DNA from: an uncultured archaeon
GTDB taxonomy: Archaea > Asgardarchaeota > Thorarchaeia > Thorarchaeales > Thorarchaeaceae
Assembly: GCA_964473825.1 (NCBI GenBank)
Contig: CAYYQL010000024.1
Location: 1 to 37,429 of the forward strand
Length of the DNA: 37,429 nt
Direction: 5' to 3'
The notes beneath the pieces were generated by a model. It saw nothing but the letters and a program-made list of their open reading frames with translations, ran no database searches and was not told the origin of the DNA. Of the stretch, positions 1 through 8,011 are shown in pieces (the stretch's first letter is position 1; every line of letters begins with the position of its first letter). The translations under genes were made by a program, and so were the position numbers.

Positions 1-55
1 GTAGGTCAGAATACGTAAACGGTACGTCTATCATGAAACAGGGTTTTCGAAGTAT

Positions 56-1063
56 CTAGTCGAGATGAAGAGGAGACCTGCACTCTGGATGATCGAAGAT
101 CTTCTCGCTCTCATATTCATTGCCGAGGAATTGATTGATCATCAGTGCTGCGTAGTTGCCAGTACCGGTTGCCATTGACACTTGTTGTGTGATTGGCCTG
201 CAATCTCCTGCGGCCCAGACTCCCTCTACATTTGTCTTTCCTCTGTGGTCTGTGATAATGTTGCCTCTCTGGTCAACCTCAACGCCAATCTGCTGCGCGA
301 GTTCTGACCGTGGTTCAGCAACGAAGCCAACAAAGAACACGTTGCACCGAAGCCTCTCTCCTGATTCCAGTGTGAGGCTCTGAACCTTGCCAGGCCTCGG
401 GAATGAGATCTCCTTGATGTTCCCTCTGTACCACTCGTACGGCGAGTCGTCCAGCTTGGATAGATCTTGCTGGTCGACTGGCATGTATGCATCTTCAGTC
501 ATTAAGATTCGAACATCTTTCGTAAATCGACTGAGTGTGTGGGCGACATGAAGTGCGCTACCAACAGTTCCAGCGTTGACCACGACTACATCTTTACCTT
601 TACAGAGAGGAGCCTCGCAATCCGGACAATAGAAGGCCGCATTGCCGACATTGGCAACCGACAGCCACTTTCTCCACATTCCATCCACCTTGGGATGTTT
701 CCGAGCCGTGCCTGTTGCGAAGATGAGTGTCTTGGCTTTGTACTCTGACTTATCCGAAGTCCTGTAGCTTCTATCTGTCCGCACAGTGAATTCGGGATAC
801 TTGCCCTTGACTTCCACAACATTGCCCTCCTTGAACTCTGCCCCAGATGACTTCGCCACTCCTTGCAATTGTCTGAGGAGAGTTCTTCCCTCATAGTATG
901 TCGGACCAGCGGGGAAGTTCATGATTGTATTAGTATGGTAATGCATGGGACTTGTTCCACGATCCAAGACCAAGACAGAGCGATGATGATAGGCTAGATG
1001 AAGTGCGCCAGCGGCTCCTGCTGGTCCTCCGCCGACGATGATGGCATCGTAGAAATCAGTCAT
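56..1063 (-). CDS. Thioredoxin reductase-like FAD-dependent disulfide oxidoreductase with atypical NAD(P)H-binding motif
   Basis: N-terminal IIVGGGPAG FAD motif, FATG, redox CPDC, and C-terminal TNVEGVWAAGDC...QVSMATGTG. Confidence 0.85.
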   Translation of the reverse strand: MTDFYDAIIVGGGPAGAAGALHLAYHHRSVLVLDRGTSPMHYHTNTIMNFPAGPTYYEGRTLLRQLQGVAKSSGAEFKEGNVVEVKGKYPEFTVRTDRSYRTSDKSEYKAKTLIFATGTARKHPKVDGMWRKWLSVANVGNAAFYCPDCEAPLCKGKDVVVVNAGTVGSALHVAHTLSRFTKDVRILMTEDAYMPVDQQDLSKLDDSPYEWYRGNIKEISFPRPGKVQSLTLESGERLRCNVFFVGFVAEPRSELAQQIGVEVDQRGNIITDHRGKTNVEGVWAAGDCRPITQQVSMATGTGNYAALMINQFLGNEYESEKIFDHPECRSPLHLD

Positions 1064-1144
1064 GAGTTAATCCCGTTATGGGTGTCACTGCCCCCGTCTT
1101 AAAACTCTATGCGAGCCTCCGGGAAAGCGATAATGACTGTGACT

Positions 1145-1768
1145 CTAGCCCAAACATTCTCCTCCAGCATCTCGGCCGAGGTCAAATGCTTTGGAATTGG
1201 TGTCGCGGGTCTTAGGAGGGACGAGGTCAAGAACTGCCTTCCTTACGCTCTCAGTATCAATCGGGAAACCCCTGCAGCTGCAGATCGCCCCAATCAAAAC
1301 TGAATTCTCCGTCTTCGGATTGCCTGCCCTTTCTGCGAGGGCGAGGGAGTCCAGCATCACAATGCTCTGGGTCACCTCACGGAGCTTTTCTTCTATGGTT
1401 TCAACGGTAAGATATTCAGTATTCCCTTCTTTGTCGAGTGCCACCTCTTCGGTCTCACCGGGTGGTGGCATGATGCGGTTGCTCATGATGATTACACCGT
1501 CATCCTTCAAATACTCGATGTATCGGAGCGCCTCTGTGGCTTCCATGGCTATCATCATATCAGCCGAACCATAAGGAATGAGGGGAGAAATCGGCTTCCC
1601 CATTCTGAAGTGGACGTAGATTGAGCCTTGCCTCTGTGACAGCCCATGCTGTTCTCCTGTGACGACTTCTATACCGCTATCAACGGCCGCCCTGCCAAGG
1701 ATAGATGACAAGAGCATCAGACCCTGACCGCCAACGCCTGCAAAGATGATATCGTATCCGTCGTTCAT
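1145..1768 (-). CDS. iorB: Indolepyruvate:ferredoxin oxidoreductase beta subunit
   Basis: AGVGGQG and EQHGLSQRQGS motifs. Start moved to ATG 1768, which follows a GAGGTGA RBS overlapping the iorA stop. Confidence 0.92.
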   Translation of the reverse strand: MNDGYDIIFAGVGGQGLMLLSSILGRAAVDSGIEVVTGEQHGLSQRQGSIYVHFRMGKPISPLIPYGSADMMIAMEATEALRYIEYLKDDGVIIMSNRIMPPPGETEEVALDKEGNTEYLTVETIEEKLREVTQSIVMLDSLALAERAGNPKTENSVLIGAICSCRGFPIDTESVRKAVLDLVPPKTRDTNSKAFDLGRDAGGECLG

Positions 1769-1773
1769 TTGCT

Positions 1774-3693
1774 TCACCTCTCCACCTCTATATGATGCGG
1801 TGCATCCACGGGGCACACCTGCCTGCATTCGAGGCAGCCGTCACACAAGTCCTGCTGGATCACCATCTTCCCGTCGGCCTCATCAATGACGATTGCCGGG
1901 CAGTAGAACTCTTTAATGCAAGCGTAGATGCCTCTGCAGGTTTCCTTGTCGTTCTCACTGGGAATGATCTTCTGTCCCTGTTGTTTCTTGATGCGATCAC
2001 CATAGAGAGCGCAGGCTCGTCTCGAGATGATCACATTGAACCCATCCGCCTCTATCGCTTCCTTGATTGGGGTGATGCAGTCACGGGTTTCGTAGGGATC
2101 AATTACGGTGACGGAATCTGCACCCATAGCCTCAAGCACTTTCTGCATGTCAATCTTCTTAGCAGCATGTCCTCCTGCGTCTTTCGAACTGTTTGGATTG
2201 AACTGCTGTCCCGTCATGGCTGTCACTGCATTGTCGAGCACAAACAATGTGACATTCGCATTGTGATGGATGAGATTGATGATGCCTGGGAGCGCAGCGT
2301 GATAGAGCGTGCTGTCCCCAACCATGGCAATGATCTTGTCCTCCAATGTCATCTCCATTCCCGCAGATATGCCCACAGAGGCACCCATCGCAAGCATCGA
2401 GTCGCTGAACCTATTGGGTGGCAAGAAGGCCATGCTGTAACAGCCTATGTCGTTGTTGAAGACTATCTTATCACGTATCTTCAATCGGTCGAGTGCTTGT
2501 CGAAATGCCCAGAGAGTTCCGCGATGCGGACAACCGGGACAGAAGATGGGATACCGCTCAGGCAGGACTTCCTTCAGCCTGTTGGCCCGTTTCAGGACAG
2601 AATCATAATCAAGGCTCGAGTCTTTACCTGTGACTTCGGCAAGAACCTTCTCAACGATGGGAACGTTATATTCCAGCATCTCACTGAAGTGGCCACTTCG
2701 TTTCCCGATGATCGTGAGAGAAGGATTCGCGTCTTTAGCAATCGCTGCAATGCGGCTCTCAAGATAGGGTGTCAGTTCTTCAATTACGATGAGTACCTTG
2801 AGTGTCTTCAGATACTCTGCAATCCTACCCTCTGGGAGGGGGAACAACGTGCCAATCTTCATCACAGGTAGATGCAGACCGAGGTTTCGGAGCGCCTCCT
2901 TGGTGTGGAGATATGAAACACCTGCGGTGAGTATTCCTATGTTGCCCTCACCCGGGTCAACGTGATTGTGAATACTCCCCTCGAACTCCTCTTTCAGAGA
3001 TTCGCTCTTCTCAAGTAGTTCTCTCTTCAAGGCACGGGCCACAGCACCAACAGTGAAATACTGGTCCCTCACGTCCGTCCATTGCTTCTTCTTGAACTCC
3101 GTTCTATTGAGCTCGCCCAGCTGTACCATACCACGTTGGTGATTCACCCGAGTTGTTGTACGGATAATGATGAGGGTCTTGTGACGTTCCGATAGATCAA
3201 ATGCCCACTTGACCATCTCCAGAGATTCCTGAGGTGTTGCCGGCTCGAGCATCGGGACGTAAGCCGCTTCACCGAAGTACCGCCCATCTTGCTCTGACTG
3301 AGAGGAATGGGCATGGGGGTCATCGGCCATGACTGCAACACACCCTCCGTTGATTCCGGTATAGGCCAAAGAGAACATCGAGTCACTTGCGACGTTCATT
3401 CCCACGCTCTTCATGGAAGTCATTGAGCGGAATCCGGCCATCGAGGCGCCGGCTACTGTTTCAAGAGCCACCTTCTCGTTGACAGCAATCTGCATCCTGT
3501 AATCGCCAAAATGATCCAATAGCTCGCTGAATGTGTCCAGAATTTCCGATGTTGGACTGCCTGGGTAAGCCGCAACCACTTTCACATCTGATTCAAGTGC
3601 GCCTCTGACTATGGCTTCATTTGTGAGCATCAGTGCTCTGCCAATGTCTGTCCGCTTCACATCGTCTATGGTCAATCTGTATTCCCTCTGCAA
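1774..3693 (-). CDS. iorA: Indolepyruvate:ferredoxin oxidoreductase alpha subunit
   Basis: NEAIVRG, YPGSPTSEI, NEKVALE, DDPHAHSSQSEQD, FCPGCPHR, DIGCY, TPP motif GDST...LDNAVTAMTG, and a C-terminal ferredoxin domain (CDGCLECRQVCP). Confidence 0.95.
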   Translation of the reverse strand: MQREYRLTIDDVKRTDIGRALMLTNEAIVRGALESDVKVVAAYPGSPTSEILDTFSELLDHFGDYRMQIAVNEKVALETVAGASMAGFRSMTSMKSVGMNVASDSMFSLAYTGINGGCVAVMADDPHAHSSQSEQDGRYFGEAAYVPMLEPATPQESLEMVKWAFDLSERHKTLIIIRTTTRVNHQRGMVQLGELNRTEFKKKQWTDVRDQYFTVGAVARALKRELLEKSESLKEEFEGSIHNHVDPGEGNIGILTAGVSYLHTKEALRNLGLHLPVMKIGTLFPLPEGRIAEYLKTLKVLIVIEELTPYLESRIAAIAKDANPSLTIIGKRSGHFSEMLEYNVPIVEKVLAEVTGKDSSLDYDSVLKRANRLKEVLPERYPIFCPGCPHRGTLWAFRQALDRLKIRDKIVFNNDIGCYSMAFLPPNRFSDSMLAMGASVGISAGMEMTLEDKIIAMVGDSTLYHAALPGIINLIHHNANVTLFVLDNAVTAMTGQQFNPNSSKDAGGHAAKKIDMQKVLEAMGADSVTVIDPYETRDCITPIKEAIEADGFNVIISRRACALYGDRIKKQQGQKIIPSENDKETCRGIYACIKEFYCPAIVIDEADGKMVIQQDLCDGCLECRQVCPVDAPHHIEVER

Positions 3694-3880
3694 CGTCCGT
3701 TTCGATATTTCACTCAGCCTTCTGTCCCTGTTCAGATAAGCATTCGCTTGGCCCTTGTATGTCTATGCGTAGTACACAGGAACTATTCTTTTAAGAACAG
3801 AGAAAATGTCTGCTGATACACGCTATCAGCTACGCCAACAATTGGCCATGTCCCGTCATAGCGTGTTTGACCCGTCGGAA

Positions 3881-4177
3881 GTGATCAGAGTTAATCTTGT
3901 GTTCTTATGTCCGGAGTGTAAAGGGAAGGCCTCGATGGATATCACTGAAGAGGAAGTTGCAGATGTGAAATCTCGGATAGCCCAGGATGGTCGATCTCCC
4001 ACAGTGATTGTCAAGTGTGAGAACGGGCACGATCTGTTGGTGACACTCTATAATATGGGTGATGGACTTGGAGTTCGTGATATAGTTGTGGCTATGGCGA
4101 AGACCGAGGTTGCAGTCGACAAGACTGAGGTCTCGGAGATTGACTGGTTGAAGAAGGCTTTCGGGGGTGAACAGTGA
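3881..4177 (+). CDS. Small hypothetical protein, putative Zn-binding (CxxC...CxxxH)
   Basis: CPEC and CENGH motifs; stop overlaps the next gene (GTGA). Start uncertain (3806, 3849 or 3881). Confidence 0.7.
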   Translation: MIRVNLVFLCPECKGKASMDITEEEVADVKSRIAQDGRSPTVIVKCENGHDLLVTLYNMGDGLGVRDIVVAMAKTEVAVDKTEVSEIDWLKKAFGGEQ

Positions 4178-4179
4178 TA

Positions 4180-4551
4180 ATGCTTCATCTTGTTGCTCGT
4201 GTCAATCTGGAGAACCTTGACACTCAAGTTATCTATCCACGGGATCAAAAGGAAGAAGAGCGGATTGCGCTTCTGACTGGAATCGTCCAGCTTGTTTCAA
4301 CTGCTCTTGAACGTTCGGGTAGCCCGTCAGCCAAGGGACAGCCCATGTTCATGAAATCTGAAAGGGGAGTTATAGGCTACTGCACTGTGAAAGACGATCT
4401 ATTCATCTGTCAGGGTGATGCTGAACGGGAAACGGGTGACGCGCTTAAGATGCTGGCGAAGACACCAAAGGCATCTGACGAAGAATTATCTGATGGTATC
4501 GCTGATTTGGTATCTAAGCGCGGAAAGGAAATCGGAGATCTTTGGAGGTAG
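4180..4551 (+). CDS. Hypothetical protein, possible longin/roadblock-like fold
   Basis: About 123 aa after a GGGGGTGA RBS. Apparent beta-beta-alpha(ALLTGIVQLVSTAL)-beta-beta-beta-alpha pattern; the fold is inferred by eye. Confidence 0.6.
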   Translation: MLHLVARVNLENLDTQVIYPRDQKEEERIALLTGIVQLVSTALERSGSPSAKGQPMFMKSERGVIGYCTVKDDLFICQGDAERETGDALKMLAKTPKASDEELSDGIADLVSKRGKEIGDLWR

Positions 4552-4556
4552 AAAGA

Positions 4557-5966
4557 ATGGATTTCAGGTTAGCTTTCATTGTTGGCGGCGCTATTGCAAC
4601 ATTCATTCTAATCATTTCTTTGATAATCTTTGCTCGGGCATACATGCGACTCAGGGAGCGTCTGTCCTATCCTGTGAGAAGATCGCTCTTTCTCATGGGT
4701 GCAGCAGGTTCTATGATTGTGTTGGTGGGGTTCACTGCAGCGGTAGCAGTTATCCTGATAGATATCTGGCTTGTTATCTTCAGTTCTCTCATAATCAACT
4801 CAGAGGTTAGTCTGCTGAGCGATGATGCGGACACCCGTTTCATCGGAACTGTTTCATCTGTAGTTGTCACGTTTCTTGTTGTGTTGTTGAAATTCATAGT
4901 ACCCGAATTGGGAGCCTTACTAGCTGGTCCGCTATTGGTAGGAATGTTCGGTGTAGCTTTTCTGCTTGGCATTAAGCTGGCCCTCGCCTCTCCGTCACCG
5001 TTTAGTATTTCGCTGAACGTTCTCCTAATCTCGATGATTTCGACCTACGTGTTGGCTTCAACGGGCATTCTCGGATTTGCTCCTGAATACTTCATTATAA
5101 TAATAACCCCCGTCGTTGTTCCTGCAGCCATCTTTGCCGGGATGTCTCGGCCGTGGCGTTACATGGTTGTATTATCAATAGTGTTTCTGGCCCTGTCAGT
5201 AGGCATGTCCATGACTATTGTTTCGTATCTCTCAAATGAACCGTACATATACGCATATGTTCTTGCAGCTGCAGCAGCAGCACTTGCAGCGCTATATCCG
5301 CTGAATTACTTCTTGGAACAAGCTTCTATCACCGGCGCAAGAACCCCTGCATTTATTGCTGCTACCCAGGTAGCGATATGCCTCCTAGTTATCACTCACA
5401 GCATCGCGTGGGCTATAGCTTGGAACCACGCCATAGCTGAGGGACTGACAATCGCAGACGGTGTCTGGGATGTGCATTTCCTGTTTGTTGACTGGGTTCT
5501 TGGGGTTGCAGGCGTTTCGTGTCTCTTGCTTGCTGCGATTTCGACGAGTGGCAGCGAAAAGACCATTTCTATAACCATAGATTCTCTGATATTCATCGGC
5601 TTTGCCTTGATTGTACTCGGTCATCCGTTTGTCCGGGCTGAAAAGTACGAACTCGCTCTTCTCTATATGCCTTTGGCCGTATTGATTGTGATTGCCAGTG
5701 GAGCCTTCATTAGAGTGGCGGTCCGGATGAAGAAAGCAGGATCTACTTCAGCAGCAGCCCGCTTCATCATGTTTATCTTCGCTTCTTTGGGTGCTGGGCT
5801 GGCTGCAATGTTCTCGGATATGATGTGGATGATGTGGCCGCCTCTGGTCTTGTCAATCATGGTTGTAGTAGCTTTCATGTTGCTGGCAAGTAGCCCAACT
5901 GGCTTCAGGGCCCTGACGCGACTCCAGAGTCCGACCATTCCTTCACTAGGAGAGGATGATGCATAA
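4557..5966 (+). CDS. Polytopic membrane protein (~15 TM), paralogue A
   Basis: About 15 hydrophobic segments; GGAGGT RBS before ATG 4557. Shares SPSPF, PWR, FLEQ and C-terminal SSP motifs with the next gene. Confidence 0.8.
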   Translation: MDFRLAFIVGGAIATFILIISLIIFARAYMRLRERLSYPVRRSLFLMGAAGSMIVLVGFTAAVAVILIDIWLVIFSSLIINSEVSLLSDDADTRFIGTVSSVVVTFLVVLLKFIVPELGALLAGPLLVGMFGVAFLLGIKLALASPSPFSISLNVLLISMISTYVLASTGILGFAPEYFIIIITPVVVPAAIFAGMSRPWRYMVVLSIVFLALSVGMSMTIVSYLSNEPYIYAYVLAAAAAALAALYPLNYFLEQASITGARTPAFIAATQVAICLLVITHSIAWAIAWNHAIAEGLTIADGVWDVHFLFVDWVLGVAGVSCLLLAAISTSGSEKTISITIDSLIFIGFALIVLGHPFVRAEKYELALLYMPLAVLIVIASGAFIRVAVRMKKAGSTSAAARFIMFIFASLGAGLAAMFSDMMWMMWPPLVLSIMVVVAFMLLASSPTGFRALTRLQSPTIPSLGEDDA

Positions 5967-7348
5967 TGGATTTTACCCTGACATTGCAAATTGGGTCCAT
6001 AGTCACCGCCGGCATTCTTGTTATCTCAGCGGCTGAGTTCGGAAGGTCAATCTATGGCATTCGTGGTGATGTGTCCTCCTCAACCTTCAGGGCTCTTGTC
6101 TTCTTCGGAGCCGCTTCACTGGCCCTTGGCCTGATAGTGATCAATACGACCTTCGTGGCCGGAACCATTGGACAACGAACGTGGATTGCATTGTTCTTGG
6201 TGTTCATCATAGTTTCAGAGGTGCATGTTGCCACTGATAGCAAAAGGGCACATCGGGGCATCTACGTGGTTGCCATTTTCGCACTTTCTGCAGCAGCACT
6301 GGTCGCCATGCAGAGTCCAAGTGAAGTCTCTCCGATTCTGGCCACCGCTCTAGCCATCGCGGTTACAACCGCAATCTTGTTCGGCGCATGGTTGATCTAT
6401 GATTCTCCTTCGCCTTTCACTGTGGGTCTGCTTCTCCTTCTCGGCGCCTTTCTTGCTTCTTGGTCGATAATCACACAGGGAGTCTTTGTTCAGGAGATTG
6501 ACGTGAGTTCTTTCAATCTCTTTCTGATCCTATTCCTGCCTGGTATGGTCGCCTCGTCCATCATGATCTCGATGCTGAAGCCCTGGCGACAGATTCTCAC
6601 CAGCTTCATCGTGTTCACTTCAATCATGACCGCCACTTCAATCGGACTTGCGGCGCTTCTCACCTATTCTGCAGCGGTCGACCTTCAGATTGCGGTCTTC
6701 GTGTTCGCAACCTGCATAATAGTGGTATCTTCGACAGCTTCAGTCGACTTCTTCCTCGAGCAGTCTGCTGAAACCAATGCACGCATCCCCCTTTACATGG
6801 CGCTCACGCTTGTTTCAATTGCTGGGTTGCTAGTCTTACATATGTTGTTCTATCCGATGCTCCTGCTGACAGGCATCAACGAGGATCCTTTGCTATCTTA
6901 TATTCAATGGATTCTGGGCATGACGGGGACTGCCACCTTTGTTATCGGAGGGTTCTACTCCGTTATCACCAAGAAGACTGTTGGCTACTTGAGGCGAGGG
7001 TTGCTGATATTCATCGCCGTGATGGCGGTTCTAGCCAATCCTGTAATTCGTTCGGATTCTCTTGGTGTGACATATAGGTGGGTGTACGATGACCTCTTTC
7101 CATACCTCCTCGGAGTAATCTTGGTGGGTGTGGTCGGTTATATGCTAGTGGTTAGACGGTTGCGTCGAGTGGGCTCTCATCGAGCAGCACGAAACTTCAT
7201 GTCCTTTGCATTCTCTGCGCTGGCCACTGCGGCTGTCATATTCTTTTCTGACGACCTTCCGTACGTCGTTATTGTGGGGCTCATTGTCGTACTTGGCAGT
7301 CTAATGTTGTCAAGTAGTCCTAGAAGAATCGCTGGTGATACAAGGTAA
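5966..7348 (+). CDS. Polytopic membrane protein (~15 TM), paralogue B
   Basis: TAATG stop/start overlap with paralogue A, with collinear shared motifs. Confidence 0.8.
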   Translation: MDFTLTLQIGSIVTAGILVISAAEFGRSIYGIRGDVSSSTFRALVFFGAASLALGLIVINTTFVAGTIGQRTWIALFLVFIIVSEVHVATDSKRAHRGIYVVAIFALSAAALVAMQSPSEVSPILATALAIAVTTAILFGAWLIYDSPSPFTVGLLLLLGAFLASWSIITQGVFVQEIDVSSFNLFLILFLPGMVASSIMISMLKPWRQILTSFIVFTSIMTATSIGLAALLTYSAAVDLQIAVFVFATCIIVVSSTASVDFFLEQSAETNARIPLYMALTLVSIAGLLVLHMLFYPMLLLTGINEDPLLSYIQWILGMTGTATFVIGGFYSVITKKTVGYLRRGLLIFIAVMAVLANPVIRSDSLGVTYRWVYDDLFPYLLGVILVGVVGYMLVVRRLRRVGSHRAARNFMSFAFSALATAAVIFFSDDLPYVVIVGLIVVLGSLMLSSSPRRIAGDTR

Positions 7349-7404
7349 GATTTAATGATAGTGCTGGGTAGGTAAGGTGCGGACAGAAGTACCGAGGTGC
7401 GCAG

Positions 7405-7947
7405 ATGGCCATAATAAAAGCAGTAGTACTAGGGGAAACCGAAGTCGGGAAGACCTCGTTTACTGCTCGCTGGACAACAGGCAGTTTCCCGGACCCAAAC
7501 GCATTGAAGACCACTGTCGGTGCAAGCTTCGACACAAAGCGTGTTGAACTACCCAGCGGCACGACGGTGACCTTGAGCCTGTGGGACTTCGGGGGTCAAT
7601 TACGTTTCATCGAAGCAATGAAAGGGATGATTCGCGGAGCCAAGATAGGCGCGTTCTTCTTTGACGTTTCCAAGATGGCCACTCTGGATGCAATCTTCGG
7701 TTATTGGATTCCGACAGTGGAGCAAAACAGCTCACTCAACTTCTCAGAAGGTGCGGGTGAACGATTTATTCTGGTGGGAAACAAGATTGACCTTCTGGAT
7801 TCCCCCTTCAATAAGGTCCAAGATGAGATGGATCGCCTTGCCGAGCCTTACGGGATGAAGAGCCAGCTAATATCCGCGAAGACTGGAATCGGCATTGAGA
7901 GTCTTGATTATAAGTTCCTTGAGATTGTGAGCAGGTTTGCCGAGTGA
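7405..7947 (+). CDS. Ras-superfamily small GTPase (Rab/Roc-like)
   Basis: G1 GETEVGKTS, G2 KTTVGASF, G3 WDFGGQ, G4 NKID, G5 SAK; GAGGTG RBS; no C-terminal Cys. Confidence 0.92.
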   Translation: MAIIKAVVLGETEVGKTSFTARWTTGSFPDPNALKTTVGASFDTKRVELPSGTTVTLSLWDFGGQLRFIEAMKGMIRGAKIGAFFFDVSKMATLDAIFGYWIPTVEQNSSLNFSEGAGERFILVGNKIDLLDSPFNKVQDEMDRLAEPYGMKSQLISAKTGIGIESLDYKFLEIVSRFAE

Positions 7948-8011
7948 ATTGGCCGCCTTACTGTTATGATATGGAACGAATCCTTACGGGGCTTGCATCA
8001 TCGGGCCCCAT

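Noticed and set aside
1792-2871. 359-aa + strand ORF
   Set aside because: Antisense shadow of iorA with no motifs.
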